A stretch of 62,056 bases of DNA, filler included, from Stramenopiles sp. TOSAG23-6 (GCA_900128565.1; 15 parts of 15 records of this genome joined end to end with filler, not necessarily neighbours in it); one strand, 5' to 3'. Shown: positions 10,323 to 24,000, counted from the whole stretch's first letter. Numbers and translations: made by a program. The notes: a model not told the origin generated them from the sequence alone.

Positions 10323-11843
10323 TTATTCTTGATATAATGTCATCAATATCTTTTCATACGAAATTTTTCCTGTTTCCAAATGTTTTGGTAGAATTGAAAC
10401 GAGTTGACAAATGTCTTTTGGATCAAGGTTCATGCGAAGCAAATGTAATGCAGCTTCAACTTCAGTTGGAGCCAAAAGTCCAGTTCGATTTGTATCAAAA
10501 GTTCTAAAAATATTACGAGATTTTGTATAATCTTTCCCATAGTTTTGTTTGTGATGTTGTATTGTAATTCGCATAGCGGCAAAGATTGGATGTTTCAGCA
10601 ATACTTTCTCATAGGATTTCCAAGTTTGATCTTTTTGTTTCAATGTATTTGTACTATTTACTGTGTCATGAATATTTGTAGTATTTTTTTTAGTATCAAT
10701 AATATCAATATTCCAAAGAGATTGAGAGAGAGACGTTTCATCACCTTCAGATTGAACAATAGCAAGAAGACTTCTTCTTTCTTTCTCTCTTGATTGCTTT
10801 CTATGTAATTGGGCGAGTTTCTTTACTAGTTTAGCACGACTTAACACCGGCATGAAGTTTTTATTGATTGCTTCTTTGGTACTGCCTTTTTTGTCTTTTT
10901 TATCCTGAGATTTATCTGATTCATGTTTCAATATATACTTTCTACCTCCTCTGTGATTCTTTGTACTCATATGAAAATCATTTACATTCTCTACATTTTT
11001 GACAAGGTTAGAGTTCCGTTTTGTGTCTCGTTTTACATCAGACTGTGAAGAATACTTCATGAGTAAACTCTTTGCGCTCTTCTTCTCTACTATAGATCTC
11101 GTTCTGTGATCACTCCAGCTATTTCTCGTGCCAGCCAATTGTCGCTTTTGCTTCTCTACATTTTTTTCTTTTCTTAATCTATCAAAAATTGTACGAGATA
11201 TAGCTCGCTTTGAGGCAGAAAGTGCAGTTTGTTGCATATAATTTGGATGCAATTTTGACTGTATTTGTTGTTGAAATTTTAACTGTTTTTGTTGTTGAGT
11301 ATAATAACTATTTGCCTCCGAACATTTCATAGATTTGTTTTGGTTTGAAACTTTATTTTCTAAATTAGTTTCGCAATATTTTTCACAGCCTTTACCTTTA
11401 AATCCTATTTTTTTCCAATGTTTCATTCTGGGAGAATTGTGCCATAATGGTAGAGTTTCTGATCCCGTCGTATCTGTAGTTTTATGATTGAAAAGGTTTA
11501 CTCTATTCTCAATGTTTTGAAGAGTTGCTATTTCTTTAGAATGAGTTATCAGATTTTCAAAAGTCTGTTTTTTTTCTCTCGTCATTGTAGAATCATTGAT
11601 TAATTGAGATGTATCATGGAATATTTGTTCCATGGAAGATATCTGTTTCGTGGTTACACTGGAATTGACACACTTTTGGAGGTGACTTTTGTAAACACTT
11701 GTTTGTAGAAATCGAGTCTTTTGCATAATCTCATCATCTGCTTTAGCGATAATTTTTTGTAATTCTGCTATCGATAAATCCTGGGACGGTTGCCAGTAAC
11801 TCTTGTTCTCCGGTATTGACTTCATATAATCTAATATGCACAC
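10323..11843 (-). CDS. Hypothetical protein with C-terminal EF-hand pair
   Basis: FRTFDTNRTGLLAPTEV and ETGKISYEKI; intronless 506-aa ORF. Confidence 0.65.
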   Translation of the reverse strand: MCILDYMKSIPENKSYWQPSQDLSIAELQKIIAKADDEIMQKTRFLQTSVYKSHLQKCVNSSVTTKQISSMEQIFHDTSQLINDSTMTREKKQTFENLITHSKEIATLQNIENRVNLFNHKTTDTTGSETLPLWHNSPRMKHWKKIGFKGKGCEKYCETNLENKVSNQNKSMKCSEANSYYTQQQKQLKFQQQIQSKLHPNYMQQTALSASKRAISRTIFDRLRKEKNVEKQKRQLAGTRNSWSDHRTRSIVEKKSAKSLLMKYSSQSDVKRDTKRNSNLVKNVENVNDFHMSTKNHRGGRKYILKHESDKSQDKKDKKGSTKEAINKNFMPVLSRAKLVKKLAQLHRKQSREKERRSLLAIVQSEGDETSLSQSLWNIDIIDTKKNTTNIHDTVNSTNTLKQKDQTWKSYEKVLLKHPIFAAMRITIQHHKQNYGKDYTKSRNIFRTFDTNRTGLLAPTEVEAALHLLRMNLDPKDICQLVSILPKHLETGKISYEKILMTLYQE

Positions 11844-12270
11844 AGCGTTCGAGAAAAAAGAAAAATCAATGGAGTATCTTTGTGTGATTCAATGGAGTAT
11901 CTTTTTGTGTGATTCAATGAATAGTACGAACAATATCGAAATCTCAAATCTCAAAAATCTCGAATATTTTGCGCATTGGCACCAAGAAGACCAAGAAGCA
12001 GGTTTGTTTCGCCTTGGAGACCGAATAATTCGAAATTTAAAATTTTCTTACGTAGCGGTAGCTACTATATATTATTGAATATTCACTTAAGCTAAGTACG
12101 AAATTTTGGTATGAATAATGTTATGATCAAAAAGAAACACAACACAAACAATCAAAATTGCAAATTCAGATCGATGCCACGGGTTGAGCAACTTGAGCCG
12201 TGTGATTGAAATCTCTTAAATGAAATCTTTGTTGTCAATTGTTCGCAAATGTTGACATTATGAGAACACA

Positions 12271-12381
12271 TTACCGGGTCAAAAAGAAATATTTGATAAT
12301 TAATTTTTTACCGGGTCAAAAAGAAATATTCGATAATTAATTTTTTACCGGGTCAAAAAGAAATATTTGATAATTAATTTT
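12271..12381. repeat. Tandem repeat, ~37-bp unit x3 (TTACCGGGTCAAAAAGAAATATTTGATAATTAATTTT)
   Basis: Three near-identical units seen directly. Confidence 0.9.
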
Positions 12382-12561
12382 ATATTCAATCAAGTCAATG
12401 TTTACTNNNNNNNNNNNNNNNNNNNNNNNNNNNNNNNNNNNNNNNNNNNNTTAATTAATTAANNNNNNNNNNNNNNNNNNNNNNNNNNNNNNNNNNNNNN
12501 NNNNNNTTGTACCTAACAAATTTTAGTTTTTTTTTTTTTGAAATATTTTTCCAAAATACAT

Positions 12562-12831
12562 GAAGCACTGAAGGAAGTTCGAGGTTTATTCGAAAATGCT
12601 TCCACAAATCCAAGTTGTAGTGTTGGTATTACAGGTGTTAGTATGTGGCTTAATTGGATTAATATTGAGCGTGAAGCTACTAAATGGACTCAAACTAAAT
12701 TTGGAATAAAATCTGGATATAAAAGTGTCATGGCGATATATCGCCGGGCCTGTGTTACTTTGAAGAATGGTCCAAATGGAGATATTACTGAATCAGAGTT
12801 TGTTCAGATGTTTAATGATTCTGCGTGTTGA
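12562..12831 (+). CDS. Last exon of a HAT-repeat protein (UTP6-like?), preceded by the 3' part of an introner (12508-12561)
   Basis: VRGLFENA...SMWLNWINIERE...VMAIYRRACVTL resembles HAT repeats. Confidence 0.45.
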   Translation, partial: EALKEVRGLFENASTNPSCSVGITGVSMWLNWINIEREATKWTQTKFGIKSGYKSVMAIYRRACVTLKNGPNGDITESEFVQMFNDSAC

Positions 12832-13132
12832 TGAAAGAGATTATGAGATCATCAATAATAAAAAAGAATTTTTCATTCCAATTTAAATTGAAATATGTTT
12901 TTGCACTCTACGTATATAGTTTCTACTCTCCAAGGGAGGGTTAGGGTTTGAATTTCAAATAGGAATCTTCAATCAAATCTGAAAAATCTTCGCGTGTGTG
13001 TAGGGCATTTTTCAATTTCAAAATTTACTACTTTGTAATCTTGTATTCATTGGCATTGAAACGATCTGATCGAGTACATTCATATTATTGTATACTTTTT
13101 TAGTAGTATTTGAGTATCAGTAAGTTTGCTAC

Positions 13133-16100
13133 ATGTCGCGTAAACAATTGGATTTCGCCGTAGTTGGTGCAGCTCTTGGCTCAGTTACAAATGATGCAAC
13201 TTCTGCCCATCAGGGAGGTAGTCAAGTTACTGCTTCGCCAGTTGACATAGATAGTAATACAGTTTCGTTAGATGGAGATACTGCCAATACTAATATATTA
13301 GATGTAAGTTCGTCTTTCCACCATAGAGATGATGTATACTATTACCGACGTGACCCCCCACTAAGTGCCTCCGAGAAAATGCTTTGTCGAGCTCAGTGGC
13401 TACGTTGGGTCAACTTTGTTGCCCAACGTAAAGTTGAATGGTCTCAACTCATTCGAGCTAATAGTCATTATGAGTATATCATATATAGAAGTTACTGGCG
13501 ACGCTGGATAATTTATTTACGCTGGTGGAGGGAAAATCAAAAGCATAGACGTCGTCTTTTACTTTGGGCGGAGGACAATGCGGTTAATATGTCCCAAAAA
13601 GTCGTGAAACGACGTTATTTTTTACGTCTCGCCCAAGCCGTTCATAACTCTCATATAAAATCTAGAAATAATATAAAAGCATTACAACATTGGGCTAATC
13701 ATCTGTGCCGTTCAATCTTTAGAAAGTGGCAGGNTTGTGTTACCAAAAGTTTGGAAGAAATTCATAAATCAGATGTTCTCCAAACAAATCATGACATTCG
13801 ACATAAACGTCTATTTATGAATATTTGGCGTGAATCATTTTTCAGTATATTAAAACGACGTAAGCAAAATAAAGCAGCATTTTGGCATAGATATAATACA
13901 ATTATGAACAAAACACTGTGCCAATGGCGTGAATATGTAAATTATAAAAAATATTATCAACAACTAGATAGAACTGCAACGATACATTATAAAATATCTC
14001 TGCTTCGATATACTTTTTCATGTCTTAGCCAAGGCATCAGAAAGAAACGCGCAATACAATGTATTGCTAATCGTGTTCGCTGTTGGATGAGATATGTACG
14101 TTTTCATTATAAATTTCAATTTTATTTTTTTCATACGAAATTTTGTACCTAACAAAAACTTTTGAGTGTGTTTTTTTTTTTCACAATACATGTATCTTTA
14201 TTGAATGCATTTATAACTTGGTCAGTTAATATAAAAAAGAAATTTCTTTTGACAACTCTGCAAAATATGGAAAATAGAATTATTATTAGACGAAAACAAG
14301 ATGTATTCCATACATGGTACGAATATTATAAGGAACAGCAATTGGAGTCAACTGCGAAAACCTTTTATAGCTGTAGGCGTAAGTACGTTTTCAAATTGAA
14401 TGTTTTACATCATTTTGTTTTTCATACGAAATTTCGTACCTAACGAATTTTTTGAACAAAAATAAAAAATATTTTTTCACAGTACAAACGTCAATGTTTA
14501 CGGGCCCTTCATTTTTATACAAAGAAAATACAACATAATGCCATGCAAATGAGATTAGCTGAAGTATATAGACGTAGAGCTTTACTTGGTGGAGCAATGA
14601 TTTTATGGCGAGTATGTATGTTTTAGGTTTTTTTCAATTTCGATTTTTTTTTCATACGAAATTTTACACCTAACGATTTTTTTTTGAAATATTTTTCCAA
14701 AATACATTTGTTTGTCGATGTACTTCTCCAGAAATAGATTCTAATTGTCAGAATATTCCCATGACTGATGACTATGAAAAAATGAATAAAAAGAAGAGCA
14801 TTAATAGAGATTTACTAATGAAAGTGAAGGTATCAGAAAAAAATATTCCTGGAAAAAATAAACAAACGCTCAAAGCAAGTTATATTAACACTTGGGATGA
14901 AATCCGTCAGAAGCAAAACATGACTGAAAGATTGTGTTATCGCAATCTCCTTCGACGCATCTTCAAACATTGGCAGATTGGTGCTGAGTGCTCTAAAGTA
15001 GATAGGCGTCGGATGTTGCAAGCTGAAGGACATGTACGTTTTCAAAAACCAATTTGGAATTTACTTGTTTTCATACGAAATTTTGTACCTAACAAAAAAA
15101 ATCGGAAAAAAAATATTTTCCGACAATACATTTTCATTTACGTCGGCTCTCGAAGGCATTAATTTCATGGCAGTATTGGAACAAAACAAGGCAGAAAAAA
15201 AATCTTTTGAAAAAACAGGCCATTAAACAATACCAGTATCATTTACTTGTTCAAACTTTACAAAGATGTACGNTTTANTTTTTTTTTNAANAAAAAAATC
15301 GAATTTATTTTCATACGAAATTTTGTACCTAACAAATTTTAGTTTTTTTGTTTTGAAATATTTTTTCATTATCCATGGAGATCTGCTGTAAAATTTATGA
15401 AGAGTCAATCTCAAATGATTTCTCTTGCCACTGAACATCATTATTGGTATCATGCTAATGTTAGATTTCGTCAATGGAGAGTCTGGGCAGCGAAACGGGT
15501 GATGAATCATCAGGAAAATCAACGTGCATACTCAATGTGGCGCAAAAACACTATCCATAGATATATTGATTTTTGGTACAATTATACAATTGCTAGACTG
15601 TCTCAACAAAAAGAGGAAACAAAACAATTAGAATGGGCTCAAGGTATACTTTTAAATAAACGTATATTCCGTATATTCTCTGCTTGGGCAGAGTGGAATC
15701 GCCATAGATTAGTAAAGAACGTTGCAAAAACAAGAGCAAATAGATACTTTGAAACGCGATTAAAAAAAAAGGTTTGGATCACGTGGCAGCTTTTTGTTTC
15801 CTCAATATTAGCGAGTAAATTGAGATTAGTACAATCCAAAAGGCTATGGAAAGTAAATGCACAAAAACGAGGTTTTGTGTGTCTACAAAAATATGTTTCT
15901 ATGCGCAAATCGATGCGATTCTGTCGCGAAAAGTCTAAGAAATTTCATATTTTGAATACACTGAATAAAGCTTTCTCTGGATGGAAACATCGAATAGAAC
16001 TGTGTCATTGGCAATTTGCTAGAGAGAGAGATGCACTAATGCGACGACGTCGTGCTTTACGGGAAGAAGGGGCGCGGCGTTGGTTGAGCTGGGGTCTCAG

Positions 16101-16570
16101 TCAGCGGACGAAGCGCCTTGTCCAGTCGATGGATACACAGTCTCATGTACTTCCGATAAATAAACCTTTGATTTCCCCTGATGGCACAAAAACTATTCAA
16201 TTAACCGACGGACGTACCATCTCTTATACGCTGTGGTTGTTTATTTTTAAATGTTTACGTAAATGGCGACGTCGTACATTATTGAAAAGGTCTACAATGA
16301 AAAAAATCCCATTAGAGATGCATAATTCAATGACTACATTTGATAGCACAAATATTTTTCAAATTGAAACTAAAATGAACCCGAAATCGAATTTTCATAC
16401 AGGACACAATCCTGATAGGAAACTATCCCATTTAAATATAATGCCTATACTACATAGTAGGAGCGATGCTTTGTCAGTAATACAATCACAAACAGAGTCA
16501 AAGATGAATACATTTTCATCTAAAAACAAATTAGATGCTGGAACAAATCAGACACAAGAGGAAATTTTGT
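13133..16570 (+). CDS. SFI1-like Trp-repeat (centrin-binding-type) protein, 3'-partial; introns 14096-14191, 14383-14487, 14616-14707, 15034-15131, 15268-15376
   Basis: Recurrent A..H....L....F..W units. Removing the five repeats gives one continuous frame. Confidence 0.75.
14096..14191 (+). mobile_element. Introner-like element / GT-AT intron
   Basis: TAT|GTACGTTTT...CACAATACAT|GTA. Confidence 0.85.
14383..14487 (+). mobile_element. Introner-like element / GT-AA intron with AA duplication
   Basis: CGT AA|GTACGTTTT...CACAGTACAA|A CGT gives RKRQCLR. Confidence 0.75.
14616..14707 (+). mobile_element. Introner-like element / GT-AT intron (phase 1)
   Basis: GTA T|GTATGTTTT...CCAAAATACAT|TT GTT. 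Confidence 0.8.
15034..15131 (+). mobile_element. Introner-like element / GT-AT intron
   Basis: CAT|GTACGTTTT...GACAATACAT|TTT. Confidence 0.8.
15268..15376 (+). mobile_element. Introner-like element / GT-AT intron
   Basis: AGA T|GTACG...CATTATCCAT|GG AGA restores the RWR Trp of the repeat. Confidence 0.8.
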
Positions 16571-16747
16571 NNNNNNNNNNNNNNNNNNNNNNNNNNNNNN
16601 NNNNNNNNNNNNNNTTAATTAATTAANNNNNNNNNNNNNNNNNNNNNNNNNNNNNNNNNNNNNNNNNNNNAAACAAATTGAAAAAAAAGAAAAGATTTTG
16701 CATTCTTCAATAAATTAATAATTTTTATGCATTGATAACTAATATTT

Positions 16748-19700
16748 TTATAAAAGATGCCTTATATCATCTGTGGGCCAGGGACTCAATGGGGGTACTT
16801 TTGTTCCTGACCATATCTTATTAATATTTTTATTATGCTTTGCATATTTTCTCGATTTTCTCCTTCGAGACACTTTCTTCTTCAATTTCATTTTCTTACT
16901 ATTGAACCCAGAGTTTTCTTTCCAATCAGTTTCAGTCATAGTCTCTTCTTCACCAGGTAAATGATCTTCAACAGGATTACTTTGTATTGTATCACTAAGT
17001 AGAGCGTTCCATGTATTGTGGGGAAATATTTTAAAATTTTGAGAATCGTTAGCTATAAAATTTGGTACAAACAAAATTGGAGTACAATTCAAAAGAACGA
17101 ACGTACATTCTTCTTCATCGGCAGTTGATTTTTCTAAAACGCTCACTTTCAAATCCCAATACGATTTCGATGTTGAATCATTATTAACTGTAGCATCTTG
17201 TATATTAGTAGCATGTAGATTATTGACGTTATCTGTATACATCTGTCGAATCAACTGAGCTTGTTTTTCCACTTTCAATTTATATTTCTCAGCTTGCTTC
17301 AACAATTTTTTTTCATAAAATATCTTTAGCTCATTGTTTTGCTTCTCCCTATCAGAAAGTTTTGTTTTATTCCGCCGTAAAGCGAGTAAAACATTCTTCT
17401 CTTTCGAAGCGGCAGCAATCAATGGACTCAATGATTTTACAGCTGAAGATGAATGTATTTTGGAAAAATATTTGAAAAAAAAATCGTTAGGTACAAAATT
17501 TTTATAAAAAAAAATGTTCGAATTTGAAAAAAAAAAAAAAACATACATGTATTTGTTGATTACCTTTGTCCTTGGAGATATCTTTTTCAGATATTTCATA
17601 ATTTGAAGAATTTGCCAGCCGTTGAACTGCAACAGAAATTGTATTTTCGTGTTCATTTTTAAGATTTTTTTTGCGTAAATTACGTATCGTTTGTTCATCA
17701 TCAAGTTTTTGATTATGTAATTCTTGAATCATGTTTTTATCTATCAAAGATTGATTGTGCAAATCTTGAAAGTCGCGAAGAATCGTAGATTTTTCATCAG
17801 TGTATTTTTTCTTTAATTTGGTCTCTAATTCAATTTTCATTTTTTCGCATTCCCTTTCAAGTTTTATGTCAAATTCATTTTTCATTATTTTACGTTCTCT
17901 TTCAAATTTCGATTTCAATCTAAATTCAACTGTCTTTACATTGTCTTCTTTAACTTTGTCTTCTTGAGAACGGATTTTCGAAAGAGTTGCTGCATTTTCC
18001 TTTGTTGTGATCAACGTAGACTTAACATGGTTCAATTCCTTTGTTAATTCTCTAATATCCTTCACATGTTGCTCAGCCATCTCTTGAGTCTCTTTTCTGT
18101 GGTTCATGTATAGTGAAAAATATTTTTTTTTACGAAAAAAAATGATTAGGTACAAAACAATTTTACGAAAAAAAAAAAAAAATGATTAGGTACAAAAAAG
18201 GTTTTACAAAAAACAAATTTGGAATGAATAATAAAAACTTACATAGATAAACAGTCAATTACTTCAGAAAATTTTGCTTCCGCATCTGTTTGAATCTGTG
18301 ACGATCTGTCATCCATCTTTTGATTAATTTCGCGCAATCGATTTGACTCATCAATTAAAATTTGCATGTATTTTGGAAAAATATTTCAAAAAAAAAATCG
18401 TTAGGTACAAACTTTCGTACGAAAAATAAATTCGAAATTGAAAAAAAAAAAAAACATACATGTCTTCTTTATGTTTTCGCTGGATTTGCTCAATAATACC
18501 TTCCATGTCTCCACCGTTTTTACGTGTCATTTTTTTTATATACTGTTTGTGTTCTTCAATTGTCGCTAAATATTTTTGTTCTTGCTCATCCACTGCATTT
18601 TCATGCTTCTTCAACAATGCATCATACTGAGATTGCCAATACTGCGCCGCATCTCTAGCGATCTTAATTTCTTTTGTATGTAATTCTATTGTATCAGAAA
18701 CTGCTGCTGCTTTATCACGCTCAAAAAACGTTTTCATTTTATCATTTTCTACTTGAAAAGCTTGACTTAATTTTTCTTTCTCATCAGCAAAAGATGAATG
18801 CATATCCTCCTTTTCACGCGTAATTTGCTCGCAATGCCTCTTTAAGTGTGAATATTTTGTTTCTAATTCATTCATCCTTACCTCAAACATTTTCAAAGAT
18901 TTCGCAGAGTTTTCATCTACGTGTTTTTTTATTTCAAATGCATATACTTTTTCTTTTTCACGTATTTGAATTTTGTGTATTTCTCTCAATTCTGATAAAT
19001 CGTTCAAGTACTCTTCAGATTCTATTTTCTGGTAATGTTTAGTTTCACTTAATTGATTTTCTTTATGCCGTACATCAGCCATAATTGATTTCAATTCTAA
19101 TTCATGTTCCTCTTTCAATGTAGCTTCAGTTTCTCTTAGATCATTTCGAAATTTATCATTAACACACTGGATTTCACTTTTATATTTTTCATGAAGCTTT
19201 GAAATTTCAAGTTTTCGTTTATTTTCTATATCTGCACATTTTTCCATTTGAGATTCCAATGATTCCTCTAAAATTTGTATATTACTATTACCCAAGCGAA
19301 GATTTTCTTCAAAATCTAAGATTTCTTGTTTGAGATTATGAATAATTGTTTCATTTTCTTTTGTCATTTTCTTCAATTTATTTGCGTCTTCCTCTTCAGA
19401 GAGTACATGTATTGTAAAAAAAAATAAATTCGAAATATGTTAGGTACAAAATTTCGTACGAAAAAAAAAATTTGAAATTCATAATGAAAACACACTTTTC
19501 TCAATGCAGAAATCTCACTATTTAGTTTTTTTCTATCTGTTTCGAAGTCACGAGCAAGAATTTGTAATTCTTCATCATGTTCTTTTTGTATATTTGTGAC
19601 TTCGTTTCTGTGAATTTTATTGACTTCTTCATATTGAGCATTGATTGTTTCCTCACATTCGATTTTCCATTCTGTAACTTGTTTTTCATGATTTTTCATA

Positions 19701-20553
19701 ATCTCTGCGTGATCATTTTTTATCACTTCCAACTCATGCTTGTGGTGATTCTCATGGCTTTGAATAATCTCTGTGTGATCATTTTTTATCACTTCCAACT
19801 CATGCTTGTGTTGCGTATCTTTTGCAGCATCGTCACTAATCATTCGTGACAGCTGTTTCTTCAATTTTGAGACTTTATCATCTTTATCAATCATTGCGGC
19901 GGTATGTTCTTCAGATGCGAGCTCCCACTGATGTGCACTAATCGAAACATCTTGAAGTTGATCACACACAGCACGAACTTCAGAGGCTAACTCTTTCTGT
20001 TTTACTTCATACGCTGCAATGCATACCGACTTCTCTTTCTCCATCTTTTTTTGTGCGGTAGTTAATTCTTCAGTAAATGATTTCCTTAACTCATTTTCAT
20101 GCTGACTTACAAACGTTGTAATTTCAATATGTTCATTTTCAATATTGGCCAAGAAAGATGCGTCACTACCTATTTTAATTTGACAAATTTTTTTTGTTTC
20201 ATTAAAACTTCATCACACATTTTTTGATGAATTTCAAGTTCTTTGTAATGTTTTGTATCCAATGTATAAATTTCATTCTCAAGTTTTTGAATACATGATA
20301 CTTCAGATTGCTGTTGCTCTTTATATTCACGTATTTTTTCAAATTGAAGTTTTCGAAGTTCGTCCATTTCAAGTTTGACATTTCTATACTTGACTGAAGA
20401 TTCATGAAGAGCTTGTTGAAGTGTTTTTGTATGAAGAACTTTAGCATCAGATAACGCTTTGTTTACTTTATCTTTCATCAAATTGTCCATTTCAGCGACA
20501 GTCGAAACTAAAGTCAGGGAATGATTTGCACGTGCTTCCGCGGTACGCGACAC
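16748..20553 (-). CDS. Large coiled-coil protein (5'-partial); introns 19407-19495, 18366-18459, 18106-18242, 17453-17546; apparent frameshift near 20190
   Basis: E/K/Q-rich heptad ORFs that join in frame once the repeats are removed. Confidence 0.7.
17453..17546 (-). mobile_element. Introner-like element / GT-AT intron
   Basis: CAT|GTATGTTTT...CCAAAATACAT|TCA. Confidence 0.85.
18106..18242 (-). mobile_element. Introner-like element / GT-AT intron with duplicated GTACCTAAT core
   Basis: CTAT|GTAAGTTTTT...CACTATACAT|GAAC. Confidence 0.75.
18366..18459 (-). mobile_element. Introner-like element / GT-AT intron
   Basis: GAC AT|GTATGTTTT...CCAAAATACAT|G CAA. Confidence 0.85.
19407..19495 (-). 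mobile_element. Introner-like element / GT-AT intron (5' flank AA)
   Basis: AGA AAA|GTGTGTTTT...TACAATACAT|GTA CTC gives RKVLSEEEDANKLKKM. Confidence 0.8.
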
Positions 20554-21064
20554 CTAAGTAGTTGCTACCAGTTGTAAAACGTGGTTCACTTTCCAGAAAC
20601 CCGAGTACAGTGCAGCTGTCAGAGTCTTTGAATTTATAAATCCCCAAGACTTCTTGCCCAGCTTTGAAGCCCTTACAGTCTTTAACCCGGCTTTCTGGCA
20701 AAGGCTGACAAACATTCACGATTACGNNNNNNNNNNNNNNNNNNNNNNNNNNNNNNNNNNNNNNNNNNNNTTAATTAATTAANNNNNNNNNNNNNNNNNN
20801 NNNNNNNNNNNNNNNNNNNNNNNNNNGTATTTTGGAAAAATATTTCAAAAAAAAAAATATCGTTAGGAACAAAATTCCGTACGAAAAAAAAAATTATTTA
20901 CTAAAAGAAAAAAAAAAAAAAAAACATTGAATTTTTAATTTTTTTTTTTTTTTTAATTTTTTTTTTTGATTTTTTATAATAATAATGATGATAATAATAT
21001 AAATCCTTCCGAGTAAATCTGAAGCTGTAAAGAATAAATACAGAAATCATATTTTATTAATTTA

Positions 21065-24000
21065 TTTCTTAAAGCATATATTCATCGCGCAAAGCATTAG
21101 CTAAATAATCAACCTTCAATTGCTCTTCGATATCTTCAAAATAAACAAATTCCATCTTTTGTATTTTGGAAAAATATTGCAAAAGAAAAAAATTTTAATT
21201 TGTTAGGTACAAAATTTCGTATGAAAAATAAATTCAATTTCAAAATTAAAAAAAAAAATAAAACATACATCATTCTCTAAAAATTGAATACGTTGCTGCA
21301 ATGCGCTAAGCGTAGCATCACATGTATTGTGAAAACATATTTAAAAAAAATTGTTAGGTACGAAATTTCGTATGAAAAAAAAATAAATTAGAAATTCATA
21401 TCAAACGTACATTCTCTATTGAAATGTTCCCAATGGCACGAAGAGCAAATTTAAAGACATCTTCGTCATAGTCTAATGTTTTTAAAGCTTCAAGCAATCG
21501 GCTTCCACATGCTTCATATACCTGTTCACGATAATCACCCTTTCCTTCTTCAGCAACCCAATTAGAAATTGTGTTTAATTGTTGTGAAAAAATATTTTTG
21601 TGTATAAAAATTTGTTAGGTACGAAATTTACTATGAAAAAAAAATCGAAATTGAAAAAAAATAAAACATACAATGTGGTGGCAACAACTTGTGTGATCAA
21701 TGGAAATGCCAGTAAAACTTGATCCAGTACTTTCTCGCCATTATATTTTGCTGCAAGTTCAACATTTGGACGACAACTAAATGTTAATTTGTTTATGATT
21801 GCTAGCATACGCATAATCAACTTATGATACTCACACAGACCTCGTTCCGCAATCTCTTTTATCGAATTTCGACGAGCTCGACAAGCTGGAGGCGTCCAAG
21901 AAATATCAGATGTTTCTTCATTATAATAATATTTGCGACCATTGTTAGAGTCGAATTTGACAACCCAAGATGTTCTTTCTACACTTTTCCTCGTGGGTGT
22001 TGGAGGTTTTACTGATGTCTTGGTCTTCGTTTCTACATTTTCGTAGCATTCCTTTTTAGTCTCGGGATCGTTGACAATTCGCCATCCTGCGGGGATGCCT
22101 TCACCACGCATTACTCGTTTAGGATGAGTATGAAAAGTGATTATTGCTAATAAAACTTCCATTGCACCAGCTTCACCAACACGTTGTTTCATTATATCAT
22201 GATCAGAAAATCGTTCCAGTAATAGTAATAATCTGTATAAAATATTGTCATTATCCATGTTTTCTCGGATAAGTTTCAAAACAGTAACTAATCCACCTTT
22301 TTCAATCATATGATCAAGATTATTTTGGTCCTTACCCATGAATGCAAGAACTTCTGAAACCGATGTAATAATATCTGGATCTTTAGCGGCTGCAGCTAGT
22401 AACTGCAAGGCAGCATGAATCACTTCAGGTTTTACAGAAGCCGATTGACCGTCATAGCTTTCAATAAGTCCTGCCTGGGCATTTAATGATTGCACAGCTT
22501 TACGATATTGAGCAAAATTGGAAGATGAAGTATCTGATCCTTCCGTCCAACATAAATTACCGGAATCGGCATCCATCATATCAAATACCAGGCCTGGAAG
22601 ATCATCGATGGCACGAAATACAAGTTCTTCTGATGAGAGTAAACCTGGAAAAGCCGACAACATTGCATTTAATAATTGCTTCCCTTTCTGTCGAACAACA
22701 ACATCATCATCCCAATTATGTACAAGATTATCAACTGATTTCACTGAAGTTTCATTAAGACCATGCGGTTTTAAATATGACATTTTTTCTTCTGTTGGAG
22801 AATCCATGTATTCAGGTGTAACTAAAGAGTGAAGTAGTTGTGTAGTTTCTTGACAATATTTTCGATCATTTATTCGATCTCCCTTGTCAATGGCAGAACA
22901 AACACCACCGAATACACCGACATCTAGAAGTGACTGACGTAAATCAGATGATGAAATATCATCAATGGACGCACCAGCTATTTTACGCAATACCGTACAA
23001 GCGGCACTTGCTGTAATAGAACAATCTTGATTCATAATATTCACAAGACTAACGAGAAATTCTGGATTTTTTGCTAGCAATGTAACTGCGTCGGTATCTG
23101 CTGCAGTAACAAATGCATCAAGTAATTGTCTTCGAGTTTTTACAAGTCGAGCGTGTTCTTCACTTCCACGGACTAAGTTACAAGCTTCTGGATCAGGATG
23201 TGAGGAAAATAATTCAGCCCATACATTCAATAACATATCAGTACTTGATGTAATGGAAATAGATCCATCCACATCTTTTGTAGCAATATCATTTGATAGA
23301 ACTCCAATTATTTGATCAATTAACATTTCGGATTTTACTGCATTTTTTTCACCCTCAATTTCATCTGACACAAGTTGTGAAGTAGCCATATGACATAGAA
23401 TGTTTCTCATTCTTTCATTTCCATCTTTCCTTTTCCGAACAAAAGACAATAACGCCTTTGTTGAATCTTGATGAACATTTACAAATGCATCGACAGCAGG
23501 TAATAATAAAGTCTCTCCATCACGTTTATTTTGATCAAGATCATCTAAAACACGTGATAGCAAAGATTCTGACACAGAAATACGTTCATCCGTACCAACT
23601 TTACCACTAGCAAAGCTACTCGATCCAACAAACTTCAATAGATCTTCCATCTTTGAACTAGATCGTAAAAAATTCCAGATTGCATCATTCGACACAGCAG
23701 TAGGTATCCCATGAAGAGCTGCAAGTTGACTACTTGACAGTGTACTTGCATCACCTCGCATTGCGGTGGTTAATACTAATTCCGCTGATGTTTCTGTAAA
23801 TGTGCCAAGTGCTGCTAATTTTGAAAGAATCTGTGTGGCATGTATTTTGGAAAAATATTTCAAAAAAAAAAATATCGTTAGGTACAAAATTCCGTACGAA
23901 AAAAAAATTATTTACTAAAAGAAAAAAAAAAATAAAAACATACATGTATCGTGATAGAATCGCGATCTGCTTTATCAGCAACGTCTAATGCCAGAAATTC

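Noticed and set aside
13133-16570. CRISPR-like array of dispersed repeats
   Set aside because: The repeats vary in length, the intervening sequences are exons of one reading frame, and there are no cas genes in this eukaryotic context.
20170-20200. Programmed frameshift in the coiled-coil gene
   Set aside because: It coincides with an 8-nt homopolymer, so an assembly indel is the simpler explanation.
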